This document shows, piece by piece, positions 8,610 to 17,787 of a stretch of DNA of 64,000 nt. Source of the stretch: an uncultured Anaerolinea sp. (GTDB lineage Bacteria > Chloroflexota > Anaerolineae > Anaerolineales > UBA4823). Numbering within the stretch: the stretch's first letter is position 1; each line of letters starts with the position of its first letter. The notes beneath the pieces were generated by a model. That model made no database searches. It was not told the DNA's origin and saw nothing but the letters and a program-made list of their open reading frames with translations. The position numbers were made by a program, and so were the translations under genes. The stretch covers positions 11,051 through 75,050 of the forward strand of contig CAZHFU010000001.1 of assembly GCA_964531975.1 (NCBI GenBank), given 5' to 3'.

Positions 8610-10001
8610 CTAGCGCGGGAAGAAAGGCTTGCCGGCCATGGGGTCGAAGCCGTTTTCCTGAATCACCTGGCGGTACCAGTATCCGCTGTCTTTTATCATG
8701 CGCCGTTGGGTGGCGAAATCGACATACACCAGGCCAAAACGCATTTCGTAACCATAGGCCCACTCAAAGTTGTCCATCAGGCTCCAGGCGAAGTAACCCT
8801 TTAAAGGCGCTCCATCTTGAATGGCGCGGTGGCATTGGATCAGGTGGTCGCGCAGGAAGCGTGTGCGGCGCACATCGCGGATGCGTTGGTCGGCGTCCAC
8901 GCCGTCGGGCATGGCGGCTCCGTTTTCGGTGACGAAGAGTTTGGGCAGATGGTAATCGTTCCATACCCGCATTAGCGTCTCGTATAGACCTTGCGGGTAG
9001 ATTTCCCACAGCAAGGTATATTCATGTCCTTCAGGGTGAACATCGCTAAAGTTGACCAGGAACATTTCGGGGTTGTAGCGCATGACGGTGCGGTTATAGT
9101 AATTGACGCCTAAGAAATCTAGTTCGGCGCTAATAACGCTCATATCGTCTGCGCCGATGGGCGGCAGGATGGGGCCGAATAGTTCCACCATATCATTCGG
9201 ATATTCAGCGCAGAAGAGGGCGTCTAAAAACATGCGGTTTTGGATACCATCGAAGCGGCGGGCGGCCTGGCGGTCGGCTTCTGCGCCGCTGGCGGAATGG
9301 ACGCTGGTGAGGTTGAGGGTAATGCCCACCTCGACCGGGCGGGCGGCGGCAGTGCGAATGCGCGGCACGGCGTAGCCATGCGCCAACAGCAGATGATGCA
9401 CCGCCTTGACCGCGGCGGTCACATCTTGAATGCCGGGAGCATGTTCGCCGGTAAAATAGCCGGCCATGGCGGCCACAAACGGCTCGTTTAGGGTTGTCCA
9501 ATAGTTAACCCGGTCGCCCAGGCGGCGGGCGACCATCTCGGCAAAGTCGGCGAAGCGCAGGGCGGTATCGCGCACCGTCCAGCCGCCGGCGTCTTGCAGC
9601 ACTTGGGGCAAATCCCAATGATACAGGGTAAGATAAGGGTCAATATCCTTCGCCAGCAGCCCATCCACCAGGCGGTCGTAAAAATCTAGCCCGGCCGGGT
9701 TGGCCGCGCCCATGCCCGCCGGTTGAATGCGCGGCCAGGCGACCGAAAAACGATAGGCGTTATGATTCAGGTCTGAGATAAGCTGAATGTCGTCGCTCAT
9801 TCGGCAGTAGTGGTCGCAGGCCACGTCACCGGTATCGCCATTGCGAGTTTTGCCGGGAGTGTGGCTGAAAGTATCCCAAATCGAAAGGCTTCTTTCGTCG
9901 GTGTTGAAAGAGCCTTCAATCTGGTAGGCGGAGGTGGCGCTGCCCCAAACAAAACCTTCTGGAAATGTAATAAATGATCTAGTGGTCATACCATCCTTCA
10001 A
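8610..10001 (-). CDS. GH1 beta-glucosidase
   Basis: 463 aa. It has the acid/base motif TLNEP, the nucleophile motif FVTENGAA and the N-terminal signature FxWGxATSAYQIEG. Confidence 0.93.
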   Translation of the reverse strand: MKDGMTTRSFITFPEGFVWGSATSAYQIEGSFNTDERSLSIWDTFSHTPGKTRNGDTGDVACDHYCRMSDDIQLISDLNHNAYRFSVAWPRIQPAGMGAANPAGLDFYDRLVDGLLAKDIDPYLTLYHWDLPQVLQDAGGWTVRDTALRFADFAEMVARRLGDRVNYWTTLNEPFVAAMAGYFTGEHAPGIQDVTAAVKAVHHLLLAHGYAVPRIRTAAARPVEVGITLNLTSVHSASGAEADRQAARRFDGIQNRMFLDALFCAEYPNDMVELFGPILPPIGADDMSVISAELDFLGVNYYNRTVMRYNPEMFLVNFSDVHPEGHEYTLLWEIYPQGLYETLMRVWNDYHLPKLFVTENGAAMPDGVDADQRIRDVRRTRFLRDHLIQCHRAIQDGAPLKGYFAWSLMDNFEWAYGYEMRFGLVYVDFATQRRMIKDSGYWYRQVIQENGFDPMAGKPFFPR

Positions 10002-10179
10002 TTCTTAAACTGCGCGATGACGAGGCGGGGGGGTCCCCGGTGTGCCAGTTACTCTGGAGGGGCTCGCCGCGCGAGTGGAGTAGTCAATTTTGTCATTCAC
10101 TCAGGGTATGGCCCAGACCGCTTCCATACCGCCCCCTGCGGAGTGAGACGCCAGGTTCTATATACCATAAAACCAGCCG

Positions 10180-11589
10180 CTAAGCTGTAGGACCAGCGCC
10201 GGGTTTTAGTAGGGTGGGTACTAAGGCCAGCAAGGCAACCCCGGTGGCCGCCAAAAAGGCCATCCGAGCGGCGTATATGATGGCGGTTGGGTTGGGGGGG
10301 GCCATTGCCCCAGAAAGGCTGGTGAAGATTGCCCCGGCCAGGCCCACACCCAGCACCATGCCCAGGTTGCGGGAGGTGGCTTGAATGCCGGCGGCAATGC
10401 CCTGGCGGGGAAGGGGGGCCGCCCCCATCAGGGCGCTGGTGTTGGGGGAAATGAATATGCCTGTGCCCAGGCCCACCAGTCCTAATCGCCAGGCGATGCC
10501 GAGCCGGGTGGTTTCCGCCCCCAGGGTGGACAGCGACCATAAACCCAAAGCCATCATAAACAGCCCCACCAGGCCGGGCAGGCGCGTTCCAATGCGGTCG
10601 GATAGGATGCCGCTGATGGGGGCGGCCACCGCCATGACGATGGGCATGGCGGTGAGCAGCAAACCGGCTTCGGAGGGGCGAAAACCGCGTCCTTGCAGCA
10701 GATAAAACGGCATCAGGAAGGTGATGGTATACAGGCAAACGTAATTGAGAACTGCGCTCAGCGCCGAACCAGAGAAGGTGGCGTTGCTAAACAGACTTAA
10801 GTCTAGCATGGGCGAGGGCAGGCGCCCTTCTAAGTACACGAAGCCGATCAGGATCAGAGCCGAAACCAGCAGGGAACTGAGGATGACTGGCGACAGCCAG
10901 CCTAAAGCATGACCCTGGTTGAGGCCGAAAAGCAGCAAAGACAGCCCGGCCATGAAAGCCACCGCTCCTTGCCAATCGAATCGCTCGGTCGAGTGGTCGG
11001 GGCGGTCGGAGGCGATGAAGCGCAGGCTAAGCAAGAAGGCTATCAGCCCAACGGGAATATTGATGTAGAAGACTGCGCGCCAGGAGAACGCTTCGGCCAA
11101 CCAGCCGCCCAGGGATGGGCCAATGGTGAGGCCCATATAGGTCATGGTGGCTTGTAGGCCCAGGGCCTGGCCGCGCCGGCGGGCGGGAAAACTCTTGGTG
11201 ATGATGGCGGGTGAATTGGCCGAGAGCATGGCTGCACCGATAGCTTGCAAGGCGCGGAAGGCCACCAGCATGGGCACGTTTTGCGCCATCCCGCATAAGG
11301 TGGATGCAACCAAAAACACGGCGAATCCGGCCATGTAGGTGCGTTTGTGGCCCTGCAGGTCGCCCAGGCGGCCAAACGAGAGCAGCAGTCCGCTAAGAAC
11401 CAACAGGTAAACGGTGACGACCCATTCAGAGGAAGCCAGGCTGCTGTTCAGGTTCCTGGTGATGATGGGGAGGGTGGTATTGACGACGGAACCGTCGAGG
11501 GCCGACATAAAAGTGCCAATGCCAACGGCAATCAGCACGGCATAGGGGCTGCGGGAATGGGTGGATGAAGGGGAGGTTTGATTTGACAT
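10180..11589 (-). CDS. MFS transporter, DHA2/EmrB-like (14-TMS type)
   Basis: 469 aa and hydrophobic throughout. It has the MFS motif GRLGDLQGHKR after TM2, and its length fits the 14-TMS drug:H+ antiporter group. Confidence 0.85.
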   Translation of the reverse strand: MSNQTSPSSTHSRSPYAVLIAVGIGTFMSALDGSVVNTTLPIITRNLNSSLASSEWVVTVYLLVLSGLLLSFGRLGDLQGHKRTYMAGFAVFLVASTLCGMAQNVPMLVAFRALQAIGAAMLSANSPAIITKSFPARRRGQALGLQATMTYMGLTIGPSLGGWLAEAFSWRAVFYINIPVGLIAFLLSLRFIASDRPDHSTERFDWQGAVAFMAGLSLLLFGLNQGHALGWLSPVILSSLLVSALILIGFVYLEGRLPSPMLDLSLFSNATFSGSALSAVLNYVCLYTITFLMPFYLLQGRGFRPSEAGLLLTAMPIVMAVAAPISGILSDRIGTRLPGLVGLFMMALGLWSLSTLGAETTRLGIAWRLGLVGLGTGIFISPNTSALMGAAPLPRQGIAAGIQATSRNLGMVLGVGLAGAIFTSLSGAMAPPNPTAIIYAARMAFLAATGVALLALVPTLLKPGAGPTA

Positions 11590-11827
11590 AACGGCAGCAG
11601 GCTAGAGAGAGATATGAGTAAGAAAGACGTGCTTCGAGGGGAAGAGCCGGAGAGCGGGGGGCGAAATGCCTGCGGACGGCGGGGTGCTGCGCATAGCCAC
11701 TGGCCGCCGGTTGGGTCCGTGATAGCCTTCGCCGCCGACTGACTGGGGATGCTGATCGTCGCAATCCAGCCGGCGGAGGGGAGACAGCCGGTGACTTTGG
11801 GATCGAAAGTAAACCCCCATTGAACCG

Positions 11828-12778
11828 TCAGGCCAGGATCAGTTTTTCGGAGATGCTCACGCCGCTGTGGACGCGATTGATGATCTCGGCTAACATTGGG
11901 GCGACCGAAAGGACTTCGATTTTGGGGTGCATCTTCTCCGGTGGAATGGGAATGGTGTTGGTGGTTACCAGTTTGGCTATGCGGTCGTCGCGGTCGAGGA
12001 TTTCCAGGGCGCTGGGCAGCAGAACGGGATGGGTGATGGCAAAGTAGGTTCGACCCACCGCGCCGCGATCATACAGCGCATCGATCTGTTTTAGCACCGA
12101 GCCGCCGGCCATCAGGTCGTCGATGATGATGGGGCGCATGCCGGTAATATCACCCACCACATGGGTGGTCTCGGTGTGAGAGAAACCTGTGCGGCGTTTT
12201 TGCATAATCACCAGGGGCAGATTCAAACGTTCGGCCCAGCGCCCGGCCATACCTGCTCGCCCCACGTCGGGGCTGACTACCACCGAATTGGCGAACTCCG
12301 GTTTGCGGAAATAATCGGCCAACAGCGGAATGGCGGTGAGTGGGTCTACCGGAATTTTGAAGAAGGCCTGCGTGGCGCGGTTGTGAATGTCTACGTAGAT
12401 CACCCGCGCCGCCCCTTGCGATTCGATCAGGTCGGCCACCACGCGGGCGCTGATGGCCTCGCGCCCGCGCGCCATGCGATCTTGCCGGGCATAGGGGAAA
12501 TAGGGGATGACGACGCTGACGCTGTGCGCGCTGGCGCGGCGGAATGCGTCTAAAAAGAGCAGCAGTTCGAGCAGGTTGTCATTAACCGGGATAGAGCAGG
12601 GTTGGATAAAGTAAATATCCTGATCGCGGATCACTTCGTCGATCATTACGTACACTTCGCTATCGGGCAGGTGTTTGGTAGTGGCTTTGCCCACCGGAAG
12701 GTTGAGGATGCCGGCAATTTCTGCTGCCAGCGCAGGGTGAGCCGAGCCGGAAAAGATACGCAGTGGTCGGTAAGGCAT
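11828..12778 (-). CDS. prs: ribose-phosphate diphosphokinase (PRPP synthetase)
   Basis: 316 aa. The N-terminus [13 protein letters not shown], the YARQDR loop ([11 protein letters not shown]) and the PRPP-binding loop [12 protein letters not shown] are all present. Confidence 0.93.
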   Translation of the reverse strand: MPYRPLRIFSGSAHPALAAEIAGILNLPVGKATTKHLPDSEVYVMIDEVIRDQDIYFIQPCSIPVNDNLLELLLFLDAFRRASAHSVSVVIPYFPYARQDRMARGREAISARVVADLIESQGAARVIYVDIHNRATQAFFKIPVDPLTAIPLLADYFRKPEFANSVVVSPDVGRAGMAGRWAERLNLPLVIMQKRRTGFSHTETTHVVGDITGMRPIIIDDLMAGGSVLKQIDALYDRGAVGRTYFAITHPVLLPSALEILDRDDRIAKLVTTNTIPIPPEKMHPKIEVLSVAPMLAEIINRVHSGVSISEKLILA

Positions 12779-12880
12779 TTGACCTCTTCTTATGTGAAAT
12801 GAACTGACATCGTTTTAGGATTATAACGGCGTTTATCTAAATTTGACCCAAGACTTTCTTTAGATTTGTTGACCGGCAGG

Positions 12881-15319
12881 TTACGGGCGCGGTTTAAGCG
12901 TCAGCAGATGCCTGGTATGCTTGTGCACAGATTGGCGGGAGAACAGCATGGGGTGATAGCCGGCTTTAAACCAGGCTGAAACCTGATCGTCATAATGATG
13001 ACTGGCCGGGTTGCCGGATTGCCCTGGGGCGAGCAAGCTCAGGGAGGCGTCCCAGTCGCTCAGGTCAATCAACATGCGGTAGGGAGGGCCAACCACCTGG
13101 TCATCGGAAAGTTTGTAGTAACTGCCGCCCGTGGCCCACACGGTGGTGTGATCGCCGCCCAGGGGGAATGGGCCGCGGTTAAAGATGGCCGCCATGAGCG
13201 GGCTGCTGGCTAAGGCATGGCGAAACACCAGGCGGTGCAGTCGCCCCCAGGCCCACTGGCGCCTGTCTTTGCCCAAGCGTTTGGTTAAAACGGCCAGGGC
13301 GTCTCTCAGCGCCGAACGGATGAGATCGTCGCGCTGAGGGTGATTGGGTAAGTGATTTAAGACCCATGGCAGCCAGATTTCCCCATACCAGCTTTTCTCG
13401 GCCAGCACCGGGGTTGGGCCGGCGCCCATCAGGCGTTCTAATAAGGTGGGTGAGCGCGGGCCAGGCTGATCTTTTGAGCGGCGAACCAGGCGGTTGTCAT
13501 CCCCCAAATGCTGGCCCATCATGCGCCAGGCCAACCGGCGAATAAAGGCCTGGTAAAGGGCGGCGGCGGCGCTGTCGGCGTTTAACTGGCCGTCCCACTC
13601 TTTGAGCATCCGCACCGCTGCGTGGATTTCCGTTTCGGGGTTTTGCACTTTGTAATCCAGCGGCAGCTGCCCCACCAGGCGCGCCATTACGCGCGCAGAC
13701 GGGGAAAGCAGGTCGAACTGCATGCGCTGCATAAAAGCCAGGTCGATTTTTTCGCTGCCATTGCGCAGGCTGGGGTCGAGGATCATTTCGGAGATGCGCT
13801 GGGCGCGGTCGCCGCTGATGGGTTCAAGCTCAATCGGTAAGGGGTAATCGTCGGCGAAGGCGCGGTTGTTGGCGCTGGCGATGTAGCCCTGTGGGGGGTC
13901 GATCTGATGGGGCAGGCTGTCGTAAAGGAAGTAGCCCAGCCATTCATATTCTTCTGTCCACCCCGGCGCGGGCAAGCGGCCGTGGCCGCCGGCGCGCAGC
14001 GGCAGTTTGCCGGGAAAGGTGTAGGCAATGTGGCCTTGCACATCGGCATAGACCACGTTCTGGGTGGGGCAGGTCCAGGTCTCTAGGGCTTGATGGAATT
14101 CGCTCACGCTGCGGGCGCGCAGCAAGGCAAACACGCCCTGCGCCATGGTGTCTGGCTCGAGGGCGGTCCAGCGCAGCGCCAGGGGTTGTTCGCCGGCTGC
14201 ATCTGGGGCCAGGTTGTTGATGATGGGGCCATGACGGGTGATCACCACTTCCTCAACCGCATCGGGGCGGCCTTTGACGTGGATGACTTCCTTGAGCGTG
14301 ATGCCCGGCAGCCAGCGACCGTTAACTTCCATTTCGACGCCGCCGGTGGGGGTGCGGCGCAAGTGTTCGATGTAGAGGTCTTGAACATCGGGAAAGCCGT
14401 TGGTGAAACCCCAGGCTACATACTGGTTATGACCGGCGATGACGCCGGGCAAGCCGGGAAAGATGACGCCGGTGACGTCGATCTCGGCGGCGCTTAAATG
14501 ATTCTCGTACCATATGGCCGGGGCGCTGAGGCCAAGGTGCATATCGTTGGCAAGCAGGGGTTTGCCGGTGACGCTGCGTTCGCCGCTAATTACCCAGTTA
14601 TTGCTTCCCAGGCCTTCATAGGGCGATGGTCCGGTGAAGGGGCGCGCCCGTTGGGCGCGCTGCAGCGCGGCAGGCCCATCTACGCCGTAATCGCTGCCAG
14701 GCGGAACCACAAAGGGCCAGCGCGGCAGGTCTTGGTTCTCTAGCTCGGCGGCGGCTTCGGGGCCAAGATTTTCGAGCAGCTGCTGCCGCAGCAGCTCGGC
14801 TTCCCAGTTCACCGACAGGCTCCAGGCCATCATCTTAACCCAGGCCAGTGAATCGGCGATGACCCAGGGCTGTGGGCGATAGCGCAGCAAGGCGCATTCT
14901 ACCGGCATTCGCCCGGCAGCCATGAAGGCGTTGACGCCGTTGGCGTAGGCCTGGAAAAAAGCATGGCCTTCTTGGTTAAGCAGAGCAACTTCGGCTTCGG
15001 CCACGCGTCGGATGGTGAGGGTGCGCATCCAGCGATCAAGCTGAAGAGAAGCCGGCCCCAAAATCTCCGACAGGCGGCCCGCGGCCAGGCGGCGGTTAAA
15101 GTCCATTTGAAACAGGCGATCTTGGGCATGCACGAAACCCTGGGCGAAAAAGAGATCGGGCAGGTTTTCGGCGCTAATATGCGGAACGCCCCAGGCATCG
15201 CGGCGCACTTCCACGGGTTGGTGTAAGCCTGCCAGGGTAATTTGCCCGGAAAGCTTGGGCAGGCGCGCCCTGGCGACCATGCGCCCTAACGGTTTGAGCA
15301 GCCACGAGCTTTTGACCAT
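12881..15319 (-). CDS. penicillin/AHL acylase family Ntn-hydrolase
   Basis: 812 aa with an N-terminal hydrophobic segment. The autoprocessing site context is GLGSNNWVISG (nucleophile Ser). Size and layout are typical of the alpha-spacer-beta precursor. Confidence 0.88.
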   Translation of the reverse strand: MVKSSWLLKPLGRMVARARLPKLSGQITLAGLHQPVEVRRDAWGVPHISAENLPDLFFAQGFVHAQDRLFQMDFNRRLAAGRLSEILGPASLQLDRWMRTLTIRRVAEAEVALLNQEGHAFFQAYANGVNAFMAAGRMPVECALLRYRPQPWVIADSLAWVKMMAWSLSVNWEAELLRQQLLENLGPEAAAELENQDLPRWPFVVPPGSDYGVDGPAALQRAQRARPFTGPSPYEGLGSNNWVISGERSVTGKPLLANDMHLGLSAPAIWYENHLSAAEIDVTGVIFPGLPGVIAGHNQYVAWGFTNGFPDVQDLYIEHLRRTPTGGVEMEVNGRWLPGITLKEVIHVKGRPDAVEEVVITRHGPIINNLAPDAAGEQPLALRWTALEPDTMAQGVFALLRARSVSEFHQALETWTCPTQNVVYADVQGHIAYTFPGKLPLRAGGHGRLPAPGWTEEYEWLGYFLYDSLPHQIDPPQGYIASANNRAFADDYPLPIELEPISGDRAQRISEMILDPSLRNGSEKIDLAFMQRMQFDLLSPSARVMARLVGQLPLDYKVQNPETEIHAAVRMLKEWDGQLNADSAAAALYQAFIRRLAWRMMGQHLGDDNRLVRRSKDQPGPRSPTLLERLMGAGPTPVLAEKSWYGEIWLPWVLNHLPNHPQRDDLIRSALRDALAVLTKRLGKDRRQWAWGRLHRLVFRHALASSPLMAAIFNRGPFPLGGDHTTVWATGGSYYKLSDDQVVGPPYRMLIDLSDWDASLSLLAPGQSGNPASHHYDDQVSAWFKAGYHPMLFSRQSVHKHTRHLLTLKPRP

Positions 15320-15412
15320 GGATTAATTCCTGTTGAGATGCCTGGTTGGGGCCAAAATGCACCAGGGTGCTTAGACGGTCGCCCATCTAAACACCCTGGT
15401 AAAAACAACACC

Positions 15413-16057
15413 TTAATCGCCGATAGATTGACTCTTGGCGCGTTCTTTAAGCCCATAGCGATTGACATTCCGTCCAATGCCGCGGCGTTTGGCGTCATTT
15501 TCGGTTTGCATGGCGCGGGCTGCGGCTTTGCGTTCTTGGATTAACTTGTCGATGCGCCGCTGAAGATATGGAGTGAAATGACCTTTGTAACGCTCCCATA
15601 GCTCGGGTCGTTTCCAATCATCACCAGTGATCCGAATGCGACACTTGGGTGAGCCGCATTCACACTCGAACTCGTCGTAATCGGTGCCATCCGTCATGGC
15701 ATAATCAAAGCAGACCTGTTCGCCCGGCTGAATATCGCGCAAGGCGTTGAGGCAAATTTGACCGACGATCCCAGCATTGGGGTCACAGGAGTGGTTAAAA
15801 CAATCCGCCGGACCAACTTCCCGGGGAACCAGGTACAGGCCTTCTTCGACCTGTACACTCAAACTGCGCATTTTATCGGGCTGCTGCATGAACGTTTCGT
15901 GCGTCATGACATCGCCGCCCCAACAAGTGAGCAGTTCACCGGCCTTGACAAATGCGCGGGCGTAAACGCCATCACCTTCAGGGCCGAGGCGCGTCTCCAG
16001 CTTGGGAGAGAGGTAGTGCGTTAGGCGTGTGTTCACTTCATATGGGTTCCTTATCAT
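15413..16057 (-). CDS. SET-domain protein (putative lysine methyltransferase)
   Basis: 214 aa. It has the SET core motif NHSCDPN, a later FDYAM motif, a post-SET-like Cys cluster CECGSPKC, and a basic C-terminal tail. Confidence 0.8.
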   Translation of the reverse strand: MIRNPYEVNTRLTHYLSPKLETRLGPEGDGVYARAFVKAGELLTCWGGDVMTHETFMQQPDKMRSLSVQVEEGLYLVPREVGPADCFNHSCDPNAGIVGQICLNALRDIQPGEQVCFDYAMTDGTDYDEFECECGSPKCRIRITGDDWKRPELWERYKGHFTPYLQRRIDKLIQERKAAARAMQTENDAKRRGIGRNVNRYGLKERAKSQSIGD

Positions 16058-16435
16058 GGGGGTGAAAGAATGGATAGGTAAACAAACCGATCAACGATTA
16101 TACCTCCAAACAAACCGGAAATGCGATAAATCGAGCTTAAATTTTTCATCTTGACCAATGTCCTCGATGGTGTTAAAGTAAGCCTGCGTGACGATATAGA
16201 ATGAGAAGGTGGTGGTGGCATGGATGCCGGCTTAAGGCGTCGGAAAGAGACGCACAAAATTAAGCGAACTGGTTCTGAAGGTTTGGCGCACAACCCATGG
16301 GGTGCGGCGTGCATCATGTCCCCTTCTCCCCAGGAGCGGCGTTTGCGGGGTTAAATCTGCCTTCCCGTCCTTAAGGGCGCACAGCGCCATACAGGGGTTT
16401 TATGACGCCTGACTGCGTTACCCTCACGCCAGTTC

Positions 16436-16476
16436 GCTGCCGGTTATAGGTTTAACCTGGCGGCTTTTTTGTTTTT
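16436..16476 (+). terminator. Rho-independent terminator/attenuator in the leader of the Mg-transport gene pair
   Basis: 8-bp stem: GCTGCCGG (16436-16443) pairs with CCTGGCGGC (16457-16464), including G-U pairs. It is followed directly by TTTTTTGTTTTT (16465-16476) and sits ~40 nt upstream of the ATG at 16514. An alternative pairing uses CGCCAG (16427-16432) with CTGGCG (16457-16462). Confidence 0.6.
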
Positions 16477-16513
16477 ATCTCGGGCGGCAAGATCGATGGA
16501 TGGAGGTGCAGCG

Positions 16514-17764
16514 ATGGCGTTTCTAAGCGAGCTTCTGGGGCGTCCGGTTACGGATAGCGATGGCAGGATGGTTGGCAAGCTGCAGGATGTGGCGGCGCGC
16601 TCTCTGGAGACGATGCCGCACCCGGTGGTGCAGGCGATTGTGATTGACGGCGACCATCAGCGGTTAACTGTGCCCTACAGCCAGGTGGCGGCGCTGCTTT
16701 CTAAAGCGGTGCCTTTGAAGTCGCCAATCGACGGGCTGGAAGCTTACCAACCAGTGGATGGGGATATATTCCTGGTAAGGGATGTATTAGATAAACAGAT
16801 TATCGATACTGATGGGGCGCGCGTGGTACGGGTGAACGATCTGGAATTGCTGCGCGTGAATGGATCGGTGCTCATTAGCAATGTGGATGTGGGGATGACC
16901 GGCATTTTGCGGCGCCTGGGCATGGGTCGCCTGGCAAACATTTTCGGTCGGCGCTTTGAAAGCGCGGTGAGTTATATCTCGTGGGATGATATGGAGCTGC
17001 TGCCACAAGACAGCGCTCTGCAGCTGCGCGTACCGGCCAAGAAAATTCGCGACCTGCACCCGGCGGATGTGGCTGAGATTATTTCAGACTTGAACCGTAT
17101 GCAGGGCATGAAGCTGCTGGAGTCTTTCGATGTGAAGCAGTTGGCCGACGCCCTGGAAGAGGTGGAGCCTGAATTCCAGGCCAACCTGATTGAGAACATG
17201 GATGATGAGCGCGTGGCCGATATGTTGGAAGAGATGGACCCCGACGACGCCGCCGATCTGCTGGCCGAGCTGGACCCGGAGCGCTCGCAGGATTTGCTGG
17301 AGCTGATGGAGGCGGACGAGGCGGAAGACGTGCGCAAGCTGCTTTCGTACGATGAGGACACGGCCGGTGGGTTAATGACCACCGAGTTCGCCGCAATTCC
17401 ACCGGGTCTTACTACTGCCGAGGCCATACAGCATCTGCGCGAACACGCCGACGAAGCCGAGACGATCTTTTATGTTTATGTGATCGACGTGCTGGAGCAT
17501 TTGGTCGGGGTGTGTTCTCTATCCAACCTGGTGCTGGCTGCCCCCGATACACCGGTGGCGGAAATTATGAAAACCAATGTGGTTTCGGTGGAGTTAGACG
17601 CCAGACAGGATGAGGTGGCGCAGCTTATCTCTAAGTACAATCTCCTGGCGGTTCCAGTGGTGGATAATCACCACCGCTTACATGGCATTGTCACCTCTGA
17701 AGACGCCCTGGATAAAATCATCCCCACGGCATGGAAGAAGCGCCTGCCGCGCTTTTATCGTTAG
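16514..17764 (+). CDS. soluble MgtE-N / CBS-pair protein with N-terminal PRC-barrel-like repeats (no membrane pore domain)
   Basis: The acidic MgtE intracellular N-domain (DVAEIISDL...DDERVADMLEEMDPDDAADLLAELDPERSQDLLELM) is followed by a CBS pair. The protein ends at ...KKRLPRFYR with no TM helices. N-terminus: LLGRPVTDSDGRMVGKLQDV. I moved the start to ATG 16514, which has a GGAGG RBS 7 nt upstream; the track uses TTG 16469. Confidence 0.85.
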   Translation: MAFLSELLGRPVTDSDGRMVGKLQDVAARSLETMPHPVVQAIVIDGDHQRLTVPYSQVAALLSKAVPLKSPIDGLEAYQPVDGDIFLVRDVLDKQIIDTDGARVVRVNDLELLRVNGSVLISNVDVGMTGILRRLGMGRLANIFGRRFESAVSYISWDDMELLPQDSALQLRVPAKKIRDLHPADVAEIISDLNRMQGMKLLESFDVKQLADALEEVEPEFQANLIENMDDERVADMLEEMDPDDAADLLAELDPERSQDLLELMEADEAEDVRKLLSYDEDTAGGLMTTEFAAIPPGLTTAEAIQHLREHADEAETIFYVYVIDVLEHLVGVCSLSNLVLAAPDTPVAEIMKTNVVSVELDARQDEVAQLISKYNLLAVPVVDNHHRLHGIVTSEDALDKIIPTAWKKRLPRFYR

Positions 17765-17787
17765 CTTATTGCAGGAGGCGACAACTT

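Noticed and set aside
16300-16513. Leader of the Mg-transport pair, considered as an M-box (ykoK) Mg2+ riboswitch.
   Set aside because: On the sense strand I could not find the hallmark M-box segments I remember (GUUAGGUGAGGC, GCUAAAGCUCUAC-like). Only a short CCAUACAG resemblance is present. I keep it as an unclassified attenuator candidate pending cmsearch.
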